From the NCBI RefSeq assembly GCF_001194135.2, contig NC_068985.1:6574736-6638735 (forward strand): a stretch of 64,000 nucleotides of DNA, given 5' to 3'. Positions 51,182-62,747 of the stretch are shown here, one piece after another. The first letter of the stretch is position 1; every line of letters begins with the position of its first letter. Position numbers and translations under genes: made by a program. Under the pieces are notes generated by a model. That model ran no database searches, was not told the origin of the DNA, and worked only from the letters and a program-made list of their open reading frames with translations. This DNA is from Octopus bimaculoides (taxonomy: Eukaryota).

Positions 51182-51900
51182 CTAAGTTGTTTCTAAAGAA
51201 GGTTTTATCCATTCGTCAGCTAAAACAGTCTCCAGTTCTTGTAGTGATGATGGCGGAGGATATCGACTCCTTACTTGTTTTTCTAAAATGCACCATATCA
51301 GTTCAATAATACTGAGATCTGGGGACTGTGGTGGCCAGATAAGATGTTCAACTTCCCTAGACGGTTCCTCGTGCCATTCAGTAACAGTTTTAGCTGTGTG
51401 AATTGGTGCATTTTCATCCTGAAAGATTGCGTTTCTCTCCGGAAACAGTTCCACAACCATAGGATGAATTTGATCAGATAAAATACTTAAGCAGTGTTGG
51501 CAATGAAAGGAAACCATTAGGCCGGCGGATTTGCGAGACATAGCCTCCCGCACACCACCCCAGATCATTACAAATCCTCCCAAAAGTTTAAAACTTGGAA
51601 GTTGGCAGTCTAGGTCAAATGATTCTTTTAGCTTTCTCCAAGCGAATATTCGGCCGGTGGTCGGAAATAAGGTAAACATTCTTTAACCGCTCTAGGGATC
51701 GCTTCTGTAGGTTTTTACTCCACACTAAACGCTTTGCAACCTTTGCTTTTGAAAGTAGTGGTTTTCTGATTGCAGCCCTCCCGTGAAATTTGGTCTGTGC
51801 ATCTACCAGCGAACAGATTTTGTGGAACCTGGGTTCTTGAGGTGGTCATTAAGCTTTGCGGTAATGTTGGCTGTTGTACTTTTATGATCCTTTCTACTTT
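51182..51900 (-). mobile_element. Tc1-like transposase fragment with DD36E spacing
   Basis: Minus: GRAAIRKPLLSK, VMIWG, FQDENAPIHTAK...WPPQSPDLSIIELIW; the first catalytic D segment (SDES) is deleted; no TIRs seen. Confidence 0.85.
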
Positions 51901-51904
51901 TATG

Positions 51905-52030
51905 ATCCTTTCTGTTGGATAGTGTAGGCTCGAAACGTAAAAGAATTTCTCACCTTTCCAAGCGTTAAATTAATACTCGCGTTTGTTGTTTACATACCTG
52001 TCTTCGTCTTTTATTTTTTGTGAATTCTAC
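51905..52030 (+). mobile_element. Penelope-like terminal-repeat family G with hammerhead-like motif
   Basis: Homologous to the reverse of 56470-56600; CTTT-CTGTTGGA-TAGT-GTAG-GCTC-GAAA-CG-TA-AAAG at 51908-51943. Confidence 0.55.
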
Positions 52031-52469
52031 TTACGTATATATATTTATGTATGTATATATATATTCACATGCATACGTATGTGTATGTGTATGTGTGTGT
52101 GTGCATGCGTGCGTGGGTACATACCTGTATATGCAGGTGTGTGGTGTTGTGGTGTTTCTGTTGCTAGTAAGCTTGCATTTGTGCATGAGTCTACAAGAAA
52201 AAAATAACTAGTAATTGTGGAATATTTCATTTTTCCCGAAATTTACAGAAACAACTTCGTCTCTCCCATTTTTTTTTTTTTAATTACATCGATACTAGTT
52301 TTAAAATCAGCAGTGTTTATAAACGGAAAGCAGCTCATTAAGGTACAACGATATGTATATATACTATTATTAATAAACAGCTAATAATAGCTTAAGGAAA
52401 ATATGTTGGATATTCCATTATGTACACGTTTGTGTGTACAGAAATTTTATTATTCTTCGTCCAAAAGCA

Positions 52470-52562
52470 CACTACTATATACCATGTAAATCTTGCGAAA
52501 CCTATGTACAATATATAGCATGAAAAACCGGAACCTCGAGATAACAGACTTAACGAAGCAAC
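52470..52562 (+). mobile_element. Possible eroded GIY-YIG (Penelope-like) remnant
   Basis: YIPCKSCETYVQYI*KTG and RLNE in shifted frames; similarity is short. Confidence 0.25.
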
Positions 52563-53119
52563 ATATTCGAGATCAGTTTAACGTACACTTTCTCGATGTA
52601 AACATCTCGACAATAAAACAACCTTTAGTTTTCTGATCAATTTCCTGAAAAAATTGATTTCTATGCATCTATGCTTATACGTTATATAGAAAAATCGGTA
52701 AATTACGGCTGATGTAAATTTAAAGATTGGAATTGCTGATTAATAAACAGCAAACTACTACAATGGAATAATCATTTAATTAAAAAATTTGAATTCCGTT
52801 CATGTTTTGTGCTCATCAGCGGAGCACAAAAGAATTATGTAAGTTTTACAAAATAATTATTTATAATAGAGATAATTTTCACTTCAGGATTAGGAATTTT
52901 AATATCGGACAGATAAGATTTTCTTATCACACATTATCAACATTCTGCATTACATCGCAACATTTTGTAATTCTATAATTTCATTTATATGTGTGGGGAT
53001 GGCGGGAAGCGCACGTGTCTGTATATGCGTGTTTAATAAATGTGCATATGTAAATGTTCAGCTGAAAATATTTTCAAATGAAAGTCGTTAGAAGCAAAAC
53101 GGATAGCAGCTTCTGTTTT

Positions 53120-53282
53120 AAAATGTCACAGTTTCTTGTTCAAATACCACTGAGGTCGACTTTGCGTTTCAACCTTCCGGGGGTCTATGAAATAAGTAGC
53201 AATTGAACACAGTGATCGACCAAGTCGATTTACCTCACCCACCCCGTAACTGCTGGTCTTGTGCCAAAATTTGAAATCAATA
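53120..53282 (+). mobile_element. SINE family A 3' half, tail C
   Basis: GAGGTCGACTTTGCGTTTCAACCTTCCGGGG...GCTGGTCTTGTGCCAAAATTTGAAATCAAT. Confidence 0.78.
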
Positions 53283-53330
53283 TGTTATTGTTTCTTAAGA
53301 TTAATTCATCTCCCAGAATCTATACTTTGC

Positions 53331-53695
53331 TGCGTAGAGGTGCAATGGCCCAACGGTTAGGGCAGTGGAATCGCGGTCGTAGGATCGCGGTTTCGATTTC
53401 CAGAACGGGCATTGTGAGTGTTTACTGAACGAAAACATCTAAGGCTTTGGCAGGAGGTTGTGGCGAAACCTGCTGTACTCTTTCTCTCAATCTTTCTTCC
53501 TGTTTCTGTTGTACTTTTATTTCAAAGGTCTAGCTTTGTCACACTCTGTGTCACGCTGAATCTCCACGAGAATTATATTAAGGGTATACGTGCACTGTGG
53601 AGTGCTCAGCCACTTGCACGTTAATTTCACGAGCAGGATGTTCGGTTGGTCGGATCAACTGGAACCCTCGACGTCGTAACCGACGGAGAACCAAG
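53331..53695 (+). mobile_element. tRNA-derived SINE family D with TSD
   Basis: Head GGTGCAATGGCCCAACGGTTAGGGCAG...GGTTTCGATTTCC (A- and B-box-like); ATACTTTGC at 53322-53330 and 53696-53704. Confidence 0.8.
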
Positions 53696-54065
53696 ATACT
53701 TTGCAGCGTTTAAATGACTGAATCGAATAAAATCGTACTTGCGTGCTAGTAATACGTTTCCAATTACCAATACAGGACTTCTCAAAATCAGAATCCATAT
53801 ATTTACCACAGTTTTAATTATAGCCAACGTACGAAAGATAAGAAATCCACAAAATAAATATTAGACATTTACAACGCGATAAAGAAATATTTAGAAATCT
53901 AAATATTTTCGTTGTTTAAGACAGACACGTCGTTTTCCCATTATATATATAAATATCTGTTGAGATATTTGAATAGGATATAATCTTAGATGTGAAACGG
54001 ACATGTATTGAGTAACATAACAAAATATAACTAGTGAGGGATGGGGATACAAGCCTTTTATATAT

Positions 54066-54486
54066 AGGCGCAGGAGTGGCTGTGTGGTAAGTAGCTTGAT
54101 TACCAGCCACATGGTTCTGGGTTCAGTCCCACTGCGTGGCATTTGGGCAAGTATCTTCTTCTATAGCCTCGGGCCGACCAAGGCCTTGTGAGTGGATTTG
54201 GTAGACGGAAACTGGAAAAAGCCCATCGTATATGAATATATATATATATATATGTGTGTGTGTATGTGTGTATATGTTTGTGTGTCTGTGTTTGCCCCCC
54301 CCCTCTTCACCAACATGTTTTGCCGAACCGCTAAGTTACGGGGACGTGAACACACCAGAGACATACGCAATAAGTACTAGGCTTAGAAACCATAAACTCT
54401 GGGGTTCATTTGCTCCACTCAAGGTCGTGTTCCAGTATGGCCGCAGTCAAATGAATGAAGCAAGTAAAAGAATAAAAGAATAAAAT
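54066..54486 (+). mobile_element. Full-length SINE family B with internal (TA)n(TG)n
   Basis: AGGCGCAGGAGTGGCTGTGTGGTAAG head to AAGTAAAAGAATAAAAGAAT tail. Confidence 0.9.
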
Positions 54487-55661
54487 AATATTACAATTTA
54501 CATAATATTTCTTTCTTCCTTCCTTTTTTTTTCCAGTAATTAAGTACTTTAACCGAAATTATTTTACTGATTAACGTTCTTTGTTACCCATCAATTTCTA
54601 GTACGAGACCCGATGAATTTGACACGACAGTTTGGTGATGCGGATGATGAAAGATGCAACATATCACGTGATTACCTCTAAGCCCCGTACGTCATTAGCG
54701 CTCTGCATCATTTTGTTGTGGATTGAGAGGATGGGGGAATTAACACGTACATTCGCTTAGCAGAAACACGAAGTATATTTCAATAAAGCAGTCATAGAGC
54801 TAGGCCAAGGGTTACCTAAATGATCTCAAAGGCTTTATATTTACATTTTGGTCCTTTATGCTTTTATTGCAATAAAAAAGGTGACAGATAATTCTATTTC
54901 AATTACACGTTATGGCAATGAATGTCTAGTTACTATTTAATAATCATTAAACAGGAAAGTATCAGATTAAACGATGCTGCAGAAAGATGTTACGCTTGAA
55001 ATCTGGCCTTTTTTATTCGCAAGTTTCTCTCTCNNNNNNNNNNATATATATATTATATCTGACAAGAGAATAAACTCATAATAGATGTTCAGTATAACTA
55101 TTCTATGCACGTCTTGCATTTAGCCACTGCGTTTCTCTTCGCATCGTTTCATCAGCAGACTATAGAGATATTTGTCTACAAATAGTGTGGACTACAGGCA
55201 CACAAATCTCGGTTGGTATATAGAGCGCGTAGTTATATGAAACTATTATTATGAGGCATAATAGAAGGCTTAATATTATTTACGATCAACTATTTATAAG
55301 AGTTTGTCTAAAATATTGAGTAAGGTATGTTTAGCCTCTGTTGAGAGGCGGGTTCCTTATCACCATCGGAGAATATTAATAGCCTTACATTACATAGAAC
55401 CTCATTTGTTTCTTATTTATTCTGTGCATATAATGTCGATTACCCTATATATATAACGATAACGTTGAAAGACTTCGATAGTGTAAATCTTCGTACACAA
55501 TATAAATATATATAAAAATATAGCGTCTATAAAATATGTCCATTGTAGATGTACATATGGATACATATATATATGTGTGTATGTATATATATAATATGTA
55601 TATAACTTATATATATATATGTATACACACACACACACACACACGCACACACACACACACG

Positions 55662-55697
<36 letters not shown>

Positions 55698-56330
55698 NNN
55701 NNNNNNNNNNNNNNNNNNNNNNNNNNNNNNNNNNNNNNNNNNNNNNNNNNNNNNNNNNNNNNNNNNNNNNNNNNNNNNNNNNNNNNNNNNNNNNNNNNNN
55801 NNNNNNNNNNNNNNNNNNNNNNNNNNNNNNNNNNNNNNNNNNNNNNNNNNNNNNNNNNNNNNNNNNNNNNNNNNNNNNNNNNNNNNNNNNNNNNNNNNNN
55901 NNNNNNNNNNNNNNNNNNNNNNNNNNNNNNNNNNNNNNNNNNNNNNNNNNNNNNNNNNNNNNNNNNNNNNNNNNNNNNNNNNNNNNNNNNNNNNNNNNNN
56001 NNNNNNNNNNNNNNNNNNNNNNNNNNNNNNNNNNNNNNNNNNNNNNNNNNNNNNNNNNNNNNNNNNNNNNNNNNNNNNNNNNNNNNNNNNNNNNNNNNNN
56101 NNNNNNNNNNNNNNNNNNNNNNNNNNNNNNNNNNNNNNNNNNNNNNNNNNNNNNNNNNNNNNNNNNNNNNNNNNNNNNNNNNNNNNNNNNNNNNNNNNNN
56201 NNNNNNNNNNNNNNNNNNNNNNNNNNNNNNNNNNNNNNNNNNNNNNNNNNNNNNNNNNNNNNNNNNNNNNTTTTATGTATTCTTCAAAATTGAAATATGT
56301 CTCAGAACTAAATTCTATTGTGCATATGTG

Positions 56331-56379
<49 letters not shown>

Positions 56380-56469
56380 ATGTATATATCCATATGTAAA
56401 TCTATCTAGACATATGTTTATACATAGATATATACGTATATATATATATATATACATATATGCATATAC

Positions 56470-56690
56470 ATAGTGAGAGTTTACAAAATAGAAAATGACG
56501 AAGACGGGTGTGTAAACAACAAACAGATGCATTAGTTTAACGCTCGGTAAGTGAGAAAGTCTTTTACGTTTCGAGCCTACGCTCTTCGAAAGAAAGGAAA
56601 ACAGAAATAAACAGGGAGAAAAACTAAAAAAAGGTTTAGTGGCTAGCGATCTTCCATGGCGAATGCCCGACAGATGGGTCACACATGAGA
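56470..56690 (-). mobile_element. Penelope-like terminal-repeat family G
   Basis: Reverse homologue of 51905-52030; minus 56596-56561 reads CTTT-CTTTCGAA-GAGC-GTAG-GCTC-GAAA-CG-TA-AAAG. Confidence 0.55.
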
Positions 56691-56720
56691 ACTAGGAAGA
56701 AGGGGAGATAATATAGTATA

Positions 56721-56756
<36 letters not shown>

Positions 56757-56799
56757 GTATGTGCGTGTGTATCTATACATGTATACATGTGTGTGTATA

Positions 56800-59140
56800 T
56801 GAATATGTAATCTCAAGCATGATATGCAAAGAGTGTAACCAGGCAGAATATATACTTGACCTCACAACAATACTGTTCATAGAGCAAACAATACTCTCCC
56901 CAACCGGGAATGAGAACATATTAAACTTCTCTTTCAACAACAATGTCGGTCTTATACACAACGTGAAGATAAACTTCTCAAACCACAACTTGGTAGAATT
57001 ATGATGTATGGTCCAAAACCAATTATTGATGTATTCCGTGCAAACGAAACTATAACTCCGTTTAGTCTGAATCTCTACAATTTTGACTGGAAGTTAATTA
57101 AAAGGCGGATGGTCCAGAAGAATTGCGCTAAAAGTCTCTCTATGCAAGACATTGATATAAAACGTATAGAATGCATCACAATATTGCGAGCCATATGAAT
57201 TGAATTTGTTGCAGTGAAGAGAACAACCACATATACAAACATCATTCCGCGAGACAGGAGAGTCTTTATTAGGCAGAAAATAAAAATCTTCAATCGCTTA
57301 GCGAGAAATCCCTCCAAGAAAGAGATCGAAAATAAACACAGGATCTCCCATAAAAATAATGGATAGAAAGAGAAAGCACGTTAGAGGAAAATATAAAATA
57401 ATTTCAAAGCCTTCTACATATTCATGAAAGAGTTTACCTCAGTGCACTACAAGATAGGGCAGCTGCTTGTAAAAAAAAACGGCTCACTAGCTGCAAACCC
57501 CAAGAGATTAGCTGAAGTACTAACGAAGCAATTCCAGAGCATAGTGAGTTTTTCAACCCTGCAGGCCTACATGGGAAGAAGGCAACCATCAATTACATCA
57601 ACACAAAAGAGGAAGACATAATATCGGCCATTAATGAGATGAGCTCAAATTCAGCAACGCGTCTGGATGGATTTCCGTCGGTTCTCCAAAAGACATGCAA
57701 GGAATCTCTCAAAAGCCCACTGCAGGTACTTTTTCAACGTTTCTTTGCATGTGGAAAACCGCCCAAACAGTTAAAAGAGGGTATCATATGCCCTGTCCAT
57801 AGAGGAGGAAGAAGACTAAATTGTAGAAATTACAGGCCTTTCTGTCTGACTTCACATGTTAGCAAGGTGATGGAACTCATTGTCAGAAGGGGACGCCTCG
57901 TGTTCCTGGAAGAGAATAACTTGCTTACAAACACACAACATGGTTTCCGGCGAAGGAGGATCTGCTTCACACAGCCACTACAACGTTATGATTTGGTGAT
58001 GAAACATAAGCTCAAACACTCAGATATGGATGTGATATATCGCGACAGTGCTAAGGCCTTTCACAAAGTCGTTCATGGGATTGTATGTCACAAACTACGG
58101 AACTTTGGTATCACAGGAAAACTGGAAGAGTGGTTGCTCGACGTTTTAAAGGAGCGGGCAGGTTGTTGCAGCAGATTTCCTCAGGGAACTCTACTGAGAC
58201 ACTGTGACAACTACAGTTTGTAGTGGCTCTCTCAGACATGGCGTTGATCGAACAGTCATCCACTCTCACTAGCTACGCTAATGATACAAGGGTATCTCAG
58301 ACGGTCAATGACCTTGATGACTTAGTGAAACTGGACAATGACCTGTATGCAATATACAAATGGTCTGATGTAAATAACATACAGCTGAATGCTGATATGG
58401 TTCAAGCACTCTCCTATCAGCCCACAAACAGACTACAGTCAGAATTCATAGGACCAGAAGGCAGTGCAATCCTAGAGATAGTATCAGTGCCCTTCCTGAG
58501 AATCCACATGAGTTGTGATACAACTGATACAACATTCCATGTGCATATTGCTAGGTTGACAACACTATGCAGACGACGAGTAGCTGGGTGGATCCTTAGA
58601 ACATACAGAACCGAAAATAGGGATAGCTTGCTGTTACTATGGAGGACATTTGTCTTCAGTCGTCTCTCTGGATTACTACTGCCAACTGTGGTCTCTGCAG
58701 AGCATCCAATTGGTGACGGAACTTGAGGAAAGCGATAAAACAGATGAGTTACAGAGAGAGGCTTCAAGAACTGAAGCTCTACTCTCTGGAGAGAGGGTGA
58801 GAAAGATAAGTAGTAATATAGATATGAAAGGTACTAGAAGGTCTAGCTCCCAACTTTGGAATTAAAACTATACCAACCACCGAACTAGACGGTACTGCAT
58901 GCTACCAAAGATATTGTCTTCTTCATCTCAGATAGGAACCCAGTATTGCAACCGCTTGAGTTCCAGGTGACCAAGGCTGTTTAACATTCTCCCAGGGAAT
59001 CTAAGAGAGCTGCAAGGTGTTGAAGTGGAAACGGTCAAAAAGCACCTGGACAAATTTCCATCTGAAATCCCAGATGAGCCCACATTACGGCAGGAGACAT
59101 AAAGATAAGTGGCTTCATCCAGCTCAGTTCTTCTGCAAAA
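56800..59140 (+). mobile_element. Degenerate CR1-like LINE ORF2 (APE C-terminus plus RT)
   Basis: SPTGNENILNF..SNHNLV (APE end), NYRPFCLTSHVSKVME, QHGFR, DSAKAFHKV, FPQGTLL, YANDT (YADD position); multiple stops and frameshifts. Confidence 0.92.
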
Positions 59141-59229
59141 GCTGTAACAAAAGGAGACCCCCAAAAGACTGAAACGCGGTATTTCAGCATGGCTCCAACT
59201 TCTGGCTGAAACCAGTAAAGGAATAAAAG

Positions 59230-59279
<50 letters not shown>

Positions 59280-59289
59280 NNNNNNNNNN

Positions 59290-59410
59290 TTTAAGGAATG
59301 GAGAAAACGCATGTTATAACTGCATACTTTATCGCATAAATTGTAATTCTTCGAAACATATGTCGGAATAAAGTATGCAGTTATAACATGCGTTTTCTCA
59401 ATTCCTTAAA
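59290..59410. repeat. Near-perfect inverted repeat (43-bp arms, 35-nt spacer), left side truncated by gap
   Basis: 59290-59332 versus 59368-59410, one mismatch; spacer contains CGAAACATATGTC. Confidence 0.9.
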
Positions 59411-60282
59411 TTTTTAAATATACTCAAATGCCCAAAATATCAAGGAGTTTCTGCCTCACCAACAGGAATTACACCACGGTTATTTTGTGATCTTTGCTAC
59501 CTTGGTTTCTATTAACTCATTTATTCTATCAGAATTATTATTTATTAGGATAGAATAAATACATATAATTAAATATATATATATATACAGAGACCCATGC
59601 ATATATACATACATTCAAATATATATACATATGTTTTTGTGTTTGTGTGTGTGTACAAGCATATACCTACGTGCTTGTATATGTGTGTGTAAATCTACAG
59701 CTACATGTACACAGATCACGAGAAAAATATTCTCACTCTCTGATGAGATGATTGCTCATCAAAAGAAATATTTTGCCTGTTAAATAATAGGATATATATT
59801 TCCTTTTAGATAGCGTTGCAAATATTTGTTCTTTCTGTTTTGCCAACACATTGATTTCCTATCGTTTGGTTGACTGACTTTTAATAATTATATATACTTT
59901 TCCATTGAGCATTGGTGGTGTAATCTTTTGAGGTGCATCGGAATATTGATACAACTCTCAGGAATATAAGTAAGTGTTGAATACTTTTAGAAAAATTCCA
60001 TTACTTGAAAAATGTTCATTACCGTGAGTAAATAGAAATCTTTGTATTTCTGTACATTTGTACATTTGCTATCCCACGTGACTGATATTCATATTCACAA
60101 GTCAGAGAAAATATTTACCTTTGGATACCCTCTTATGAAGCGATTTCCTTTCTGTGACATATCTGAAGTTTGTTATTTCTCTCTTATTTACTCAACTTAA
60201 ATTTGTCATAATGTCTTGGTTTATACATTGGGTAGATACGATGTGATGCAAATGGTCGAATTTTATGTGAAGTAATGCCATA

Positions 60283-60283
60283 C

Positions 60284-60363
<80 letters not shown>

Positions 60364-60365
60364 AT
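60283..60365. repeat. (TATC)n-(TGTC)n microsatellite
   Basis: Directly visible. Confidence 0.92.
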
Positions 60366-60461
60366 GTCTGTCTGTCTATCTCGCTGTATGTATGTCTGTC
60401 TATTTATCTATCGAGATAGATTGACATGCACTATCTGCCTATCTCTCTTTCTCTCTCCCCC

Positions 60462-60492
<31 letters not shown>

Positions 60493-60499
60493 CTTCTGC

Positions 60500-60537
<38 letters not shown>

Positions 60538-62683
60538 CTTTATATCTTTATATGTTTGTGTGCGCAACTTTGTCTGTGTGTATGAATTAGTATGTAAATT
60601 ACTTCAAGTACATTACAAACAACATACATCAACAAGACATAAACGACAGTAAGGTAATATTGACTGCGTTCACGTGTGTTTCGCTCTTTTATTTTTCACT
60701 CACATTTCACAGCTATTCATTGCTCTTTCGTTTTAATAAATGACGGCATCTAGTGGTTGCTATGTTGGCTATTTCTTCCAAACGAAAATGCCGTTTACAA
60801 TATGTGACATTATATATAGTATATATTTGTAATAAATATATCTATGTATATTTATTCAAACGCAACAATTGTCTTCAGCGTTTGTTTGAAACAAGATAGA
60901 ATGTATCAAATGATCTTATTATAGATGAGTGTTTAACAAAAGCAACACCATTTTTCTGAAGTTGAATTATTATAAAATAAAAAGATTGACTCCTTATAGT
61001 GATCGTTATATATTACTTTATTTTATGGAATACACATTTGCATTTTTCGAAGTAACTTCGATTGTTAATACGTTATTGGCGTGAAATAATTAAACAACTA
61101 TTGTAGTGATTGCTCATTTAAATATAGTAATAAACAACTAGAAAATGTTCCATGAAAGATAACATTTTCGTTTTCTATCAAATACTTGAGAAGTCAAAAT
61201 AATTATGTTTCTGTCATAATCAGGCATTATTGTTTATGTGAAATCTCTACGACAAGTCTAGATCCTGTCCTTAAAAACACGGCATATTTCAAGGCTTTTA
61301 TATTATTGCAGCAAAAATCAAATTACTCACAGTTTAAGCAACCTAACCGATCGTATATTTATCGTTTTCCATTTTGTTTTTCTGTCTGGCTCCATGACCG
61401 GCAAGATCAGAAAGACCTTCTTGGTTGTTATGGAGCAAGAGGGAGGAATTAAGCTGGAAGCCAGTAAGATATTATATGCAGTGATATGGCCACCTCTGCT
61501 GACCCACTAACAGGAGGGTGTCATCGTCCAGGTTCGATGTTCGTTGGATATCGTCCGAAGGTGTCAGTTCTTCCTGACCAAAGCTCCATTAATTTTGTTG
61601 ATTTGGAATGTTCTTTCTTCCAGTTGTTATTTTAATTTAGTTCGTGTTTGAGAAAGATAATGAGTAAAAGAAAATGAATGCCCTATCATTTACTTGCAAA
61701 ACTCATGAACGAAAAATTATAAATACTTTCAAACTTTAAATGCAATATAATAATGTATAGTTTAGAATTCTCTTAGAGAAAACTAATTTGGTAGAATCGA
61801 AAACATTTGTCTTGTAACACAGCAGATATATTGACGTTAGTAACTGACATAAATTATCTTCTTCAATGAAAACAACTATATGAAGCGTGATGTTTCTTTG
61901 TGACTAGTGCAAGTTCATTTATAGACAGAAACAATGAGAGAACTGTTAACATCGTTAATCTATTTTAAGCGTGCTAAAACGACTGAAGACATGTAAAATT
62001 TTAATATTTGTAGAAACGACTATCAACATTACACATCTGAACAGACTTTAACTTCCCAAACATTATAACAAGTCAGCAATAATAACACAGCATGTCTGAT
62101 AGAGCTTTAGTCACTCCCAAAAGAGTTAGTAAGGCATTCAAACTGTTATTACGATAAAATATTAAACATTTGCAACCTCCCATTAACTTCACGTATATTT
62201 ACATAAAATTACGTTCTGGCATGATAATTCATCATTACTGATATTCCCAAGACGATTAAGAAACGCATATTTCGATTAAAATTCTTCTCTTACTAGTACT
62301 ACAAAATACTTCCGTTAGTACGATCGAAGTATTCATGACAAGCTACTGGCGTTGCCAAGATGTGAATTTGAAAATTAAAATCTTTAACGGTAATTATAAA
62401 ATTGACTTGTGAATTTATATTCATGCATTCTTTACATTAAAATTAATTCTATATGACGTGAAGTCGTTTCCAATTTCAAGCGATTGAAACTAGTGAGAAC
62501 ATATTCCACCATAAATGCAAATATATTGCAAATTTGGAAACCTTATAACACAGGAGAAAATCACATCAACCACATTGTTTTCTTATTGATATTCCGGAAG
62601 CTAAGTGTTGATGTCGGGCCAGATTTTCACAATAATTATGTGTACAAAGGGAAGATTGAGCAGTGAAGTTTGTTCCACTGAGA

Positions 62684-62686
<3 letters not shown>

Positions 62687-62747
<61 letters not shown>
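62687..62747. repeat. (CT)n microsatellite running into gap
   Basis: Directly visible. Confidence 0.95.

Noticed and set aside
52806-52832. 10-bp hairpin TTTTGTGCTC/GAGCACAAAA as a terminator or ribozyme
   Set aside because: The sequence is eukaryotic, the arms do not extend, and the minus-strand CTGATGA lacks a proper GAAA partner.
59738-59775. Hammerhead at CTGATGAGATGATTGCTCATCAAAA
   Set aside because: The G12 position is A and there is no stem I or III pairing; at best a decayed remnant.
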